Origin: Heterodontus francisci
Taxonomy: Eukaryota
Direction of reading: 5' to 3'
Length of the DNA stretch: 64,000 nt
Assembly: GCF_036365525.1 (NCBI RefSeq)
Contig: NC_090413.1
Span: forward strand, 23,074,299 to 23,138,298
Shown: piece after piece, positions 23,845 through 36,374 of the stretch
How the letters are laid out: each line of letters opens with the position of its first letter
Position numbering within the stretch: the first letter of the stretch is position 1
Made by a program: the position numbers and the translations under genes
The notes under the pieces: model-generated
Seen by the model: the letters and a program-made list of their open reading frames with translations, nothing else
The model's database searches: none
What the model was told of the DNA's origin: nothing

Positions 23845-24540
23845 AATGGGCTACGATGGTGTACTGGCTGTCTTACTGGAAAGTAACCCAGAGGCTCTGG
23901 ACCGTTACAAACAGAAGTACAATTCCCACCACAGCTGTTTGAGAATTTGAATTCAGTTTAAAGAATTTGGAAATAAACATAGAAAAGGCAGCCATTCAGC
24001 CTATCATGTCTGTGTTGGCCAAAAAAAACTACATAATCTAATCCCACTTTCCAGCTCTTGATCCATGGGTTACTGCACTTTGAGTACATACCAAGAATTT
24101 TTAAAATGCAATGATTAAATGCGATAAAAATAACTGTCATCCGTAAAAGTGACCTGTAAACAGTTGGATGGTCATAAAAACCTAACAGATTCACTGCTGT
24201 CCTTTAGGGAAGGAAACCTGCCTTCCATACCTGGTCTGGTCTCTGTGACTCCAGGCCACACCTAGGTGGTAGACTGTTAATTGCCCTCTGAGGTGACTCA
24301 TTTAAGGTACAAATAATTATTGCATAAATATTATAGGCTGCCACATTTCCTGCATTACAATAGTAACTACACTTCAAAAGCACTTCATCAGCTGTAAAGC
24401 ACTTTGGGGATGTCCTGTGGTTGTGAAAGGTGTTATACAAATGCAAATCTTTCTTTCATTAATATATACCATTAATAGTACTGTATAAATAAATATTAGC
24501 CTCGCCAGCAACACTCACGTTCAAAGAATGAATAAAAAGA
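23845..24540 (+). mobile_element. Nested SINE cluster: tRNA-derived SINE (family of 45452-45860) interrupted by a CR1 tail and a SacSINE1-like 3' tail
   Basis: ttcactgctgtcctttagggaaggaaacctgcc at ~24190; CR1 tail ~23975-24110; Deu-SINE tail ~24335-24455; host tail gcctcgccagcaacactcac...aagaatgaataaaaa ~24500-24538. Confidence 0.65.
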
Positions 24541-24794
24541 TAATGGCCATGTGGGTGAAGTACTGTTTAGCTATGCCTGGGAAACGTTACCCCAATAAGC
24601 ATCAGTATCTTAAGGAGAAAAATATACTGGTAGTAGATTGCAAACTTATTAAAAATATGGAGTTTTTAAAAGCTTTTAAAAATATTATTTTAAAGGAACT
24701 TTACCTAGAAATCATATTTCAAAGTAACTTCCATTTGAAAGATCCACAATGCACAATTGATGCTGACTAAATTTCTGCTGTTGAGCAAAGAAGA

Positions 24795-24910
24795 CTCTAA
24801 TCACGTGTGTCCCGTTAAAGGCCTTTTGCGGCCTGCGATTGGTGGATGGCTGGTGGTGATCCCTGACCTTTGACCGGCTGCGCTTGGGAGGAGGGGGTCG
24901 GGTGGTGTGC
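24795..24910 (+). promoter_or_regulatory. KRI1 proximal promoter/5' UTR
   Basis: E-box CACGTG at 24802-24807, ATTGG near 24838, DR1-like TGACCTTTGACC at 24864-24875, small CpG-rich patch before the ATG. Confidence 0.6.
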
Positions 24911-25007
24911 ATGGCAACGGCAATGGATCAAGGCCTAGAGCTCAAAATCAACCAGCGGTTCGCCGGCAGGTACGAGAAGTACCGGCAGAAGGAGGAGTTG
25001 CAACGGC
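24911..25007 (+). CDS. KRI1: KRI1 homolog (40S ribosome biogenesis factor), exon 1 of 19
   Basis: MATAMDQGLELKINQRFAGRYEKYRQKEELQR; donor C|GTGAGT, phase 1. A second in-frame ATG at 24923 could be the true start. Confidence 0.9.
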
Positions 25008-25336
25008 GTGAGTAACAAACAGGTGTCCCTCTGAGGGAGGGAATGGTTTGGGTTCGTGTTTTGTTTCTAGCCTTGTCGTAGTGCAAAGCCTGTTGGAGTA
25101 GGCCACAGACGCCAACTTACAGAACAATAACACCTGCTTCAATTAAAGCATTGAAAATATTCAACATCTCTTAAAAACACTGTAAATATCTACATAAAGA
25201 AAAAATAAACATATAACCTATCTCTACAGTACAGATAAACGCATGTATAGAATATATTTGCATATTTTACTAAAATAGGTGTAAAGAATTTGTTTATATA
25301 TATATATGTATACATAAAATGTGAAGGAACTTATAT

Positions 25337-25387
25337 TATAAATTTTGTATATGTTAAAGTATATATATATACTTTAACATATACAAA

Positions 25388-25428
<41 letters not shown>
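25337..25428. repeat. Perfect 58-bp palindrome (25337-25394) running into a (TA)n microsatellite
   Basis: tataaattttgtatatgttaaagtatata|tatatactttaacatatacaaaatttata; pairing checked base by base. Confidence 0.95.
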
Positions 25429-25431
<3 letters not shown>

Positions 25432-25595
25432 TTTTTTATGTATATATTTCGTGTTTAGATTTGTACCTAGGTAATGTTCAGAGTGAAGGAAGAATGAATC
25501 TGCAGAATAAAAGGAAGAGAGCATTTTATATTTTCAGAATTGTACTTATGGTCATTACAACGAGAAGCTCTCAGATCTCTCTCTTTGATTTTCAG

Positions 25596-25669
25596 TGAAG
25601 GACCGTTATGGGGACAGGGCAGGCGAGGAAGAGAGTTCCAGCTCTGAATCTGATGATGAAAGTGAAGTG
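25596..25669 (+). CDS. KRI1: KRI1 exon 2
   Basis: ttcAG|(L)KDRYGDRAGEEESSSSESDDESEV|GTAAGT. Confidence 0.92.
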
Positions 25670-26369
25670 GTAAGTATGCTAAAATTGTTTCTTGCTTCAC
25701 CAGCTTACCAAATAATATATATGGGACAAAAAGAGAAAATTCCAGAAATATGCAGCAGTAATGGAGAGAGGGAGGATGTTAATGTTTCACAGGAGAACCT
25801 TAGTCAGAACTGATGGCTCCTGTGACTTTTCCGGTGTTTTCTATTTCTGATTGCTCGTATTTGAGATAAAGGGCCTGGATTACTTACAATTTTGAGGGGT
25901 AGATGGAGGGGGTAGGGGTAGCTGAATGCAACACAGAACCCTGTTTTCCTTTGCTTCCAATGGTCCAATGGAGACGACTGCCGCCCTTCTATTTATTTTT
26001 CCCTGAGATGAGATGCTGAAGACTAACAGGTGTTGAGAAAGAAGTCAGAATGATGCTCTCGGATGTCCCAAAGCAATTCACATAGAATAAATTCCTAAAA
26101 GGATACTGTTGCCAATAAGGTTAGTGTGGCAGACATTTTGCAGATGACAAGATGCTACAAACAGCAATGATCTGAATGATCAGTTGATCTATTTTTGGTG
26201 GTTGAGGGAGGAATGTTGGTTAGGGAATGGGAAAGTGTAAGATGAGAAAAGAGCCTGCAGTCTTTCTGGCAGTCCCAAGAATGAATACCTCTCAATTACC
26301 CAATCCTCAAATGTCTGTCCAGTTCTATCCTAAATTTTGCCATTCTGTCTGCCTCCTTGAGCAGAATGT

Positions 26370-27055
26370 TGCATGTGGGCAGAGGGGGGGTGCAGAGTGA
26401 GGAGGGAGAACTGTCTGCTCCTCTTCACATAGTTCCATGGGACTTTTTTAATATCCACCTGCACAGACAAACGAGGATGCAGCACCAAGTCCCGATCACC
26501 TGTCATCCCTGTGCTCACTGATGTACATTGAGACATTGCTGGATCGGAGGTCAGTTTTAAAATTTTCATTTTTGTTCACAAACACCTCCATGGCATCGCC
26601 TCTCTCTATCTTTGTAACTTCCTACAACTATCTGAGTTCCTCCAATTCTGGCCTGTTGAGCATTCCTGATTGTCATTGCTGCCTTATTGGCTGCCATGCC
26701 TTCAGCTGCCTAGGTCCTAAACTCTAGATTTCCCTCCTTAAACCTCTCCACCCGTCAACCTCTCTCCATTAAGATTCTTGTTAAAACCTACTATTTTGAT
26801 TAAGTTTTTGGTCATTTGTCCTACAATTTCCTTATGTGACTCTGTCAGATATTGTTTCATAACGCTCCTGTGAAGTGCCTTGGGATGTTTTGCTATGTTA
26901 AAGGCACAACATAAATGCAAGTTCTTGTTGTCCACTCCAACAGTGTAATGCTCCCTCAGCACTGTATTGACGTGTCAGCCCACTTTATATGCTGGAGTAG
27001 GATATGAACCCAAGAGCTGATTCAGACTCCCGTGCAATTGCAACTGAGCCAAGTT
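26370..27055. mobile_element. SacSINE1-like SINE (minus) split by an L2-type 3' fragment (plus, ~26480-26930)
   Basis: SINE part ...ttccatgggactttttta atatccacctg is continued at ctccaacagtgtaatgctccctcagcactgtattg after the L2 tail ending ataaatgcaagttcttgttg. Confidence 0.75.
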
Positions 27056-27605
27056 GCAGCTGGCCTGTAATTTGGGTCAGAGTGATCACTGAATGACACC
27101 AGTACTGTAAAGAATCCTTGCAAGTTCAGTTGGTGATGGAACTGTTGGGTAGCTTTGAGATATCTTTCCACAAAATGGATATGAAGTAAATGCCTAACCT
27201 CATTTTGGCATTAAAACGTGACCAAGTTGTTCAATCAGGATAGCCAATGTTCTTTGACCCCTGCTATGACCGTTCCAGTTGCTTGTGTGCCAATAGCCAG
27301 TCTTCAATTCAGTCCATTCCACGAGGTCTTTCCCAGAGAGGACTCATGCCGTCACCTAAAACTGACCACAAATGAGGTAAGATCGGGAAAGTAATTCCAC
27401 TTCAACTAAAATTAGGAGAGTTGTTTTTCCTCCCAAATGAATGACCCACTAACACAATTGCAAGTTTCAAAGCCATGTTATTTTAGCAGCGAGAATATTT
27501 TTCCACAGTGGTTCCTGGTTTTGGAATTCAGGTCACGTCAAATGTGTCTGACCACTGATCTTTTCCATAAGCCATTGATGCTTAGCCCTTTCTCTACTTA
27601 TTTAA

Positions 27606-27725
<120 letters not shown>

Positions 27726-27854
27726 TGAGGTTTGACGAGCAAATAGTAGCTATCTGGTTATTTTATTACATCTGAGCAACTTTGAGTGCCTAAGTGTTGT
27801 GATATTTTCTCCCACTATCAGGTCATTTAGGAAACTTCAGCGATGGCAATGTTT

Positions 27855-28360
27855 TCTCATCCCTGTCTCCCACATCTGCTGTTGAGGAGTTTCAACTAAT
27901 CTATGGCACACCTCTTTAACATGCTGTTATCATACCTGTGGTCGCTGATCTATATTGGCTTCCGGACTACCATTGCATCATTTTAAAATTCTAATCCCCA
28001 TTTTCAAATCCTGCAGTGGCCTGACCCTTCCCTATCTCTATAACCTTCAGTCCTACAACCCTCTTAAGATCCTTGAACTCTGACCCCTTCTGCATCCGCC
28101 AACTCCCTTCGCCCCACCATTGGCAGCTGTCCTTTCAGTCATGTAGGCCTTAAGCTTTGGAATTTCCTCCCTAAACTCTTTTTTTCAACCGCCACCCCCC
28201 CCCTCCTTTAATACCCTCCCTAAAACTTACCTGCTTGACCAAGGTTTTATTCACCCACCATAATATCCTCCTTCTTTCGTTTATGTCTCAATTCTTGTCC
28301 ACTTACTCTCCTGCGAAGCACCTTGGGCCATTTTCACTATATGAATGCAGGTTGCTGTTT
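27855..28360 (+). mobile_element. L2-type LINE 3' fragment
   Basis: Colinear with 17672-18262 (ttttaaaattct...ttttcaaatcc...ccaccattggcagctgtcctttcag...aaaacttacctgcttgaccaagg). Confidence 0.75.
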
Positions 28361-28385
28361 ATGGTATTTTGCCCTTTGTTGAGGA

Positions 28386-28740
28386 CAAAAAGAATTTTCA
28401 TTTAAATAGAGCCTTTCACAATCTCATGATGTACTAGTGTGCTTCACAGCCTGTGAATTGCTTTTGGAGTACAGTCACTGTTATTACATATACAAACACA
28501 GGGATAAATATTGGCTAGGACACTGGAAGAACTCCTCTGCTCTTTGTTGAATAATTCCATGGACTCTTTTTTACGTCCATCTGAAACAGGGCCTTATTTA
28601 ACATCTCATCTGAAAGACGATACCTTTGCTAATTAAGCACACCCTCAGCATTACACTGAAGTGTCAGCCAAGATTTCGTGCTCGAGACTTGGCGTGGGGA
28701 TTGAGCCTGTAACACTCTAACTTCTGAGAAAGTGCTGACA
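28386..28740 (-). mobile_element. SacSINE1-like SINE (degraded)
   Basis: Colinear with 55505-55943. Confidence 0.75.
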
Positions 28741-29383
28741 CTTTGTGGAACCTATAGAAGTGATGGTTATGCATCCATTCGAATACCAAGCCAAGAATCA
28801 CTGTAATGTTTCCATCACACCTGCAGGTAGTAACCAAATTTGAGTATTGCTGGTAAGCAAGCACTGGAAATATTTGGTTGAGCGATGCACTGGATTGCAT
28901 TCATCTATAAGAACATAAGAAATAGGAGCAGGAGTAGGCCATTCGGCCCTTCAAGCCTGCCCCGCCATTGAATAAGATCATGACTGATCTGCCCCAGACC
29001 TCAACTCCTCTTTCGTGCCAGCTTCTCATAGCCCACAACTCCCCGATATTTCAAAAATGGAACAATCCAACAATGGAAAATGCCAGAAGTGTACAACAGG
29101 TCTGTCCACATCTAAAAGGAACGTGGCATATATGCCTCGGGTGCTGTGATAAAAGTCTCCACCCAAAGTATTAACTTGTCTTCCTCTTTATAGCCACAGA
29201 CAGACCGGCTGTGCATTTCAAACGTTTTTTTTTTCACTTCAGATTTCCAATTTGTTTTCCTTTTATGAATATTTGAATATTTGCCCCGGCGGGGGGTGGG
29301 GGGGGTGGTGAGGAGGAGAGACAGGTGGAAAAGTAATGTGTAGCTAGTAAAATCCGATGGTAATTTCCCAACATTTCTATTAG

Positions 29384-29489
29384 CAGAGTCTAGCAAAGAA
29401 GGTGATGAGAGCACTACAAATAAAAGGAAAAAGGAGAAACCAATGTACCTGAAGGATTATGAAAGGAAGGTCATTCTTGAGAAGGAGGG
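29384..29489 (+). CDS. KRI1: KRI1 exon 4 (NAGNAG acceptor; alternative start 29387)
   Basis: TAGCAG|...ESSKEGDESTTNKRKKEKPMYLKDYERKVILEKEG|GTAAGT, phase 2. Confidence 0.92.
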
Positions 29490-30028
29490 GTAAGTCATAT
29501 TTGGTGAACATATCAAGGAATGTAGGAACAGTAGAATATTTTCTGTACTGAAGTCCAGTTTGGTCTAGCTACCCTCTTGTCTCAATTTTATTCGCACCTA
29601 TGTTTGAAGCCATATTTTATTGGCGGGGGGGGGGGGACGGGACATCCTTTAAGGGGAAGCTGGCAATTGCTTGTTCTCCATATTAAAAAAAAATGCATGT
29701 TTCAAAGCCATACATTCCCGTCATTTTGTTAGAGGGCCATCACTTATGGGGAAAAAAACAAACGGGTCTCCTGTTTTAATGTTCGTAGAAGAATTTCATC
29801 CGTCCTTTGCCATTTCTTGTTAAGGCACTCTACCCTGGGAAGGAGTGTCCTACTTGGAGGAGGAGTCAAAAGTTCGACTGACCCAAGGCTTCAATTAGCA
29901 TATGCTACTTCAGTTAACGAAGTGTTGCAATTGATGTCAATTTTCAGCATTATCTTTGATGTGTAAGATTTGGATAACCAGAGCATTCTTCAGTTTCTTC
30001 CCTAAATGTATTTATCTTTATTATAAAG

Positions 30029-30080
30029 GAAATATGAAGATGAAGAGAGTGATGAGGAGGAGTCGAGAGTGAAAATTGAG
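30029..30080 (+). CDS. KRI1: KRI1 exon 5
   Basis: aaAG|(G)KYEDEESDEEESRVKIE|GTAGGA. Confidence 0.88.
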
Positions 30081-31131
30081 GTAGGAATACTACAAGTTAT
30101 TTTATTTCTTGTGTTTACATGGGTCCCACTACTGTCATTAGGAGTGGCCTGTGTTATGGGAGACGGGAGATTATGTATACGCTTTTTATGTGTTTTGAGC
30201 GTTCGTTGCAACTTTTTGGTTACTTTTCTCCCTCTGATTTGGTGTGGCCATGGGGAAGGGAAGGGAGAGGGATAAACCTGGAATTCTGGTTACCAGTTTG
30301 AAATTATCAGTGGTTTCCAAAGACTTGGTAACATTAAGGGTACAAATTAGCCGACTACCTGAGTGAGATCATTATCTAGGAGCAGGGATCTGTATTGAGT
30401 CTGTGGAAATGTTTGACATATCCTATCAGTTGACTGACTATCACACCGTTTTGGTGCGGTGGGTTTGGAAAGGTGTAAGGAAAAAGGCTTATTTGTTTCC
30501 TTCCTATTTTTACAATTCTCTCCCCTCCTTTCTCAGAGGCACTGACTTAACTTGCATTTATATAGTGCCTTTACAATACATTTGCTGAGATGCGTTGTAG
30601 ACCCTATGACCCCATGCCCCCTGCCCAAACAACTGTTTCTCATCTGTGCCTAAGCACACCGTGACCTTGGCTGAACGCAATCCTGCTTTCGTCTGTTGCC
30701 ATTGCACGTTTACCTTCCAGCAAGGATTGCTGGACAGCAGTCACGAGTAGGCTGTCTGGCTGGCTGTATTTTTCTGTTACATAGTCAAAGTTACTTGCAG
30801 TTTTTCCACTGCTGCCTGTTAAAATCAGCTAATTCAGCACAGACCTCAATCCGAACCTGTGATCATTCAGTCATTGGCACCTTACACAGAGTAGTACCTT
30901 TACCCACCAGGCCATCATGGGAGCTCCTCCTTTGATAAAACAAGCTTTGGTATCTTACAAGTGAGGATACTTTTCAGTGAAGATTCCAGTAATGTTTCCC
31001 TCCGCTTTCAATGTTGTAGGCATCCCAAGAAATCTCTAGACCATTGTTCTAAAGGTGCTTGTTTGCAAATAAGAATGTAACTTTCCTTTGCTTTTGTGAT
31101 GGGGATGGATATTGTTGGATCTTTGTTTCAG

Positions 31132-31181
31132 AGAGCAACATCCCCCAGTTATATGGAAGAACAGAAACAACTGAGAGAAAA
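31132..31181 (+). CDS. KRI1: KRI1 exon 6
   Basis: ttcAG|RATSPSYMEEQKQLRE(N)|GTGAGT, phase 2. Confidence 0.88.
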
Positions 31182-31479
31182 GTGAGTACATATGATACTA
31201 GTCCTTGGAATAAACATTGCTTGAATACACTATAGAATTTTCCTAGTTCGTTCATCTAATTTCTGTTTCCAGTCCAAGAATCTTTCTTTTACCTCCACTC
31301 ATTGCTTTTTGTGCTCCGACCATCTTTCTGTTCATGTGGTCACATTGCTCTCTCATACCCTTGTCTTTGCCAGAAGTCTTTTGTGTGATACCCTGTTTGA
31401 ATATTTTTAAAAAATGCATAAATACCACAATACCTCATTTTCTTTATCTGTCCTCTGAGATATTCCTTCAATGCATTAT

Positions 31480-31995
31480 ATAATGACCTTTTGGAAATCT
31501 GGCCCTGATTAACTCCTGTTTCTCCAAATGCCTAGTAGTTTTGTCCCATATGATTGGTTAACTGCCTCAAGTCTGTGAAGTAGGACTAACTTCCCCATAA
31601 TTTCATGCCTTAACCCGTCTCTTTTTTTGAAGAGGGGAGTTACATTTATACTGTCTAGGACTTTGGCACCAATTTTGAAAGATTACAGTCTGAGCCTAAG
31701 TTCATGCCTTAAAGGCCTGGCTTTATTTTTTAGACTGATAGGGCTATAACCCCTAGTCCTAGATTCCCCAAACAGCGGAAATAGTTTCTCTCTATCTACC
31801 CTATCTTTTCCCCTTAATTTCTTGAAAACTTGGATCAGATTTCCCCATAATCTTCTAAATTTCTGGGGATACAACCCTAGTTTGTGTAATCTTTCCTTGT
31901 AATTTAATTGTAATTTCCTTGGAGTCCAGCTATCATTCTAGCAAAACTATGCTATTCTCCCTCTGAGGCCAATATATCATTCCTAATGCTATGTG
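31480..31995 (-). mobile_element. CR1 fragments (RT and C-terminal region)
   Basis: Minus frame FRRLWGNLIQVFKKLRGKDRVDREKLFPLFGESRTRG. Confidence 0.75.
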
Positions 31996-32181
31996 AAATG
32001 GTTAGGACCCATCCAGCTGGCAAGAATCGGAGACTTGCATCACCTCGATGGCCTGAGCAGGATTCAGATAGAGATCAGAGGGAAAAGATTGTACGCTAAC
32101 CCTTTATGCTACTCACCTGCCCTGAAATTAAATGTTAATTTTTTTTGCTTAGTTTTTCCTGTTGATCTGTACTTTCTGTAG

Positions 32182-32281
32182 TTTTCGTAAGTTTGTTGAA
32201 GACAGCGAGGAGGACAGCGACAGTGGGAACCATGATGGTTTTGGTTTTCTGAAACCGCGAGTGAAATCCGAAGAAGAGAAG
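32182..32281 (+). CDS. KRI1: KRI1 exon 7
   Basis: tgtAG|FRKFVEDSEEDSDSGNHDGFGFLKPRVKSEEEK|GTGCTT. Confidence 0.88.
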
Positions 32282-32429
32282 GTGCTTATTATTATGCATT
32301 TCTGGTCTGTATGCATGAGGGAAGATGAAGTCTGGAGTGGTGCATGTCGCCATGCCCATTGTTAGTGAAATTTCTGGTGTGTGTGGGGCAAGTGATTTAT
32401 TTTGTTGCTAGTTCCACGTTTTTATTGTT

Positions 32430-33112
32430 GGCCAGAATTTTACACCACCCCGACAAGCGGGATGATGGTGGGGGGTGGCGTAAAGTGGAGCGGGAGGCAC
32501 CGAGAGACCTTCCCAACCCACTCCCACCTCCGCCACCACTTTTTGCAGGACAGTGGCGAAAAACGGCCTGCCCGCCCCAGGCCAATCAAGGCCCTTAAGT
32601 GGCCACTTAACAGCCACTTAAGGACCTTCATCCGCCTTCACACGGATTTTACACGTGGCAAGTGGCCGTCCTGGAGCCGGGAGAAGCAGCCTAACGAAAC
32701 ACGTGGCTCTTGAACATCCCAGGGGGTGACTGATGGAGGGCTGCCCCCAATACCTCAACACCCAGCACTCCCCACCCCCCCCCCCCCCCCAAATCGACCG
32801 CCCTTGCCTTGCTGGGACCCAACCGATTACTCCCGGTGAGGCAACCAAAACTTACCTGCCTTCCCGGCTCCCAGGCATCTGCTGTTCATGCTGGGTTGCA
32901 GTCCCAGCAGTGGCCACCGCTCCCACTGATTGGCTGGCAGCTCTGTTAGGCGGGACTTCCTACCTCAAGTGGGTGGAAGTCCCGCCTCACACCATTTGAA
33001 GCCTGGGGACCCAAAAAATATGGGTCCGATCCCCAGACGAGGTGGAAGCAGGTTCGCCACTGACTTTTCGGTCAGTGTCCGACTCCCTTCTGCCTACAGT
33101 AAAATTCTGGCT
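32430..33112. mobile_element. Non-autonomous DNA transposon (MITE), possibly PIF/Harbinger-like
   Basis: Terminal inverted repeats gccagaattttac (32431-32443) / gtaaaattctggc (33099-33111), apparent 3-bp TSD GTT, GC-rich non-coding interior, internal palindrome ttaagtggccacttaa. Confidence 0.75.
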
Positions 33113-33299
33113 GTTATCTTAACTCTTTGTACAAAATTGTAGTACTTCCACAGCATTGCGTGCAGTGTGTAGAAATATGTGAAATATGTCATGTTATGTC
33201 CCATCACTACCTATTGTCAATGTAACATTGCAAGAAGTGTGGGGGGGGGGGGGGGGGGAACGCTGAAATGAGCAGAAAACAGGCAATCCTTTCTGTTCA

Positions 33300-34326
33300 T
33301 TCATAAAAGAAGACAGAGGGTGGTGGTTGATGGCAAATGTTCATCCTGGAGTTTAGTTACTAGTGGTGTACCGCAAGGATCTGTTTTGGGGCCACTGCTG
33401 TTTGTCATTTTTATAAATGACCTGGAAGAGGGTGTAGAAGGGTGGGTTAGTAAATTTGCGGATGACACTAAGGTCGGTGGAGTTGTGGATAGTGCCGAAG
33501 GATGTTGTAGGGTACAGAGGGACATAGATAGGCTGCAGAGCTGGGCTGAGAGATGGCAAATGGAGTTTAATGCAGAAAAGTGCGAGGTGATTCACTTTGG
33601 AAGGAGTAACAGGAATGCAGAGTACTGGGCTAATGGGAAGATTCTTGGTAGTGTAGATGAACAGAGAGATCTTGGTGTCCAGGTGCATAAATCCCTGAAG
33701 GTTGCTACCCAGGTTAATAGGGCTGTTAAGAAGGCATATGGTGTGTTAGCTTTTATTAGTAGGGGGATCGAGTTTCGGAGCCACGAGGTCATGCTGCAGC
33801 TGTACAAAACTCTGGTGAGACCGCACCTGGAGTATTGCGTGCAGTTCTGGTCACCGCATTATAGGAAGGATGTGGAAGCTATGGAAAGGGTGCAGAGGAG
33901 ATTTACTAGGATGTTGCCTGGTATGGAGGGAAGGTCTTGCAAGGAAAGGCTGAGGGACTTGAGGTTGTTTTCGTTGGCGAGAAGGAGGAGGAGAGGTGAC
34001 TTAATAGAGACATATAAAGATAATCAGAGGGTGGATAGTGAGAGTCTTTTTCCTCGGATGGTGATGGCAAACACGAGGGGGACATAGCTTTAAGTTGAGG
34101 GGTGATAGATATAGGACAGATGTCAGAGGTAGTTTCTTTACTCAGCGAGTAGTAGGGGCGTGGAACGCCCTGCCTGCAGCAGTAGTCGACTCGCCAACTT
34201 TAAGGGCATTTAAGTGGTCATTGGATAGACATATGGATGAAAATGGAATAGTGTAGGTCAGATGGTTTCACAGGTCGGCGCAACATCGAGGGCTGAAGGG
34301 CCTGTACTGCGCTGTAATGTTCTAAT
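33300..34326 (+). mobile_element. Young 5'-truncated CR1 LINE
   Basis: 255-aa open frame with [33 protein letters not shown]; 3' tail gggcctgtactgcgctgtaatgttctaatg. Confidence 0.95.
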
Positions 34327-34712
34327 GAATCTTTTAAAAAAAATAAATAAATAACATTCAACTTTTGATATTCCAGTAGTGAGTTTTGGGGTCAGTGCTG
34401 ATTTTGGTGACATAGCAACCTTGACTCTTCTCAACTGCACTGTTTAAAATCAGGAGGTCCCAATGTAAAATTTGAAGTATGATTGTGTTTCCTGATGAGT
34501 TGCCACGCTAGAAACATTGAGAGAAAATGAACATTCTGTTACTTTATGCTCAATCTGAGCTGGAGCTATTGCTTCAGAAATGCCAAGTGCCCCAGATATC
34601 TCTTTAATTTCCTGCTGTATACATTTTCATTTCCTCCCCATGGCAGTGCAGTGATTAAGGCTGTGCACAGTGTATATTTAAGATTTAACCAATAATTGCT
34701 CCACTTTCAAAG

Positions 34713-34790
34713 GAAAAAGAGGAAGAGTCCTACATTAACTGGCTGAAAGGGCAAAATGAATTACAAGTGAAGGAGGAATTGCAAGACATG
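34713..34790 (+). CDS. KRI1: KRI1 exon 8
   Basis: caaAG|EKEEESYINWLKGQNELQVKEELQDM|GTGAGT. Confidence 0.92.
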
Positions 34791-34919
34791 GTGAGTACTT
34801 TCTATTCAGTTACCATTGGCTTGGCATGAGGAGACGTGAGATTTGTGTGCATATGTATAATTTACCTTATATTATCATTTTTAATATTAAAATTGGTTTG
34901 ACAGAGTGCACAGATGTCA

Positions 34920-36140
34920 CAATCCTGATTTGTGCCTTATAGATGATGGAAAGGCTTTGTGGAGTCAGGAGGTGAGTTACCTGCTGCAGAATACCCAGTC
35001 TCTGACATGCTCTTGTAACCACAGTATTTATGTGACTGGGCCTGTTAAATATCTGGTTGGTAGTGACCCCCAGGATGTTGACGTTGGTAATGCCATTGAA
35101 TGCCAAGGAAGGTGGTTAGATTCTCTCTTGGTGGTGGTCATTGCCTGCTACTCATGTGGCACGAATGTTACATAGTTCAAATAAATGCATTACTTGGTGT
35201 GGTACTTAGCAGCACAAGAAAGTTTCAAGTTTCTTTCCTTGTTAGCTATTCTGGCTGGGGCAGTATTCAGGGTGCTACAAATCATCGTAGTATCTCTGAG
35301 GTGTGGATGTAGGAGAAGACTGACAGCATTCCAGCTCTGGATAAATATCAGTAACCCCTGCTATAAAGCAGGCATATGTAGATATCTGATGAGGACAGAA
35401 TCCAATTAGACTTTTTTTTTTAATTTTATTTTTTCACGGGATGTGGGCATCGCTGGCTGGGCCAGCATTTATTGCCCATCCCTAACTGCCTTGAAAATGT
35501 GGAGGTGAGCTGCTTTCTTGAACTGCTGCAGTCCTTGGGGTGTCGACACACCCACAGTGCTGTTAGGAAGGGAGTTCCAGGATTTTGACTCGGCGATAGT
35601 GAAGGAACGGCTATATAGTTTCAAGTCAAGATGGTGTGGGGCTTTGAGGGAAACTTGCAGGTCGTGTGTTCCCATTCATCTGCTACCCTTATCCTTCTAG
35701 GTGGTCGAGGCTGTGGGTTTGGAAGGTGCTGTAGAAGGAGCCTTGGTGAGTTGCTGCAGTGCATCTTGTAGATGATACACACTGCTGCCACTGTGAGTCG
35801 GTGGTGAAGGTAGTGCATGGGGTGCCAATCAAGCGGCTTGCTTTATCCTGGATGGTGTCGAGCTTCTTGAGTGTTGTTGGAGCTGCACCCATCCAGACAA
35901 TTGGAGAGTATTCCATCACATTCCTCACTTGTGCCTAGTAGATGGTGGACAGGCTTTGGGGAGTCAGGAAGTGAGTTAATCACCGCAGAATTCCCAGCCT
36001 CTGACCTGCTCTTGTAATCACAGTACTTATATGGCTGGTCCAGTTCAGTTTCTGGTCAATGGTAACCCCCCCAGAATGTTGATAGTGCGATATTCAGCAA
36101 TAATAATGCCAGTGAATGTCAAGGGGAGATGGTTGGATTC
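34920..36140 (-). mobile_element. Two fragments (34920-35170, 35412-36140) of a CR1/L2-group LINE, C-terminal region + 3' tail
   Basis: Minus frames QRLGILQQVTHLLTPQSLSIIYKAQIR, VMEYSPIVWMGAAPTTLKKLDTIQDKASRLIG and LHHRLTVAAVCIIYKMHC. Confidence 0.85.
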
Positions 36141-36374
36141 TGTCCTTACTGAATGCCTTTTGGAAATCTATGCATACTACAGCTACTGATTCCCCTTTAT
36201 CTATTCACATCCTGAAACAAGCCGGATTTCCCTTTCGTAAAGCCATGTTGACTTGTTCTGCTCAAACTATGCTTTTCTAAGTGCATTGTCAATACTGTGA
36301 CATAAAGAATGGCTGCAGGGACGAGAGGGTTGTTAGTTCCTAATGTTACTCAGCAAAGTAATGCTTCTGGGATG

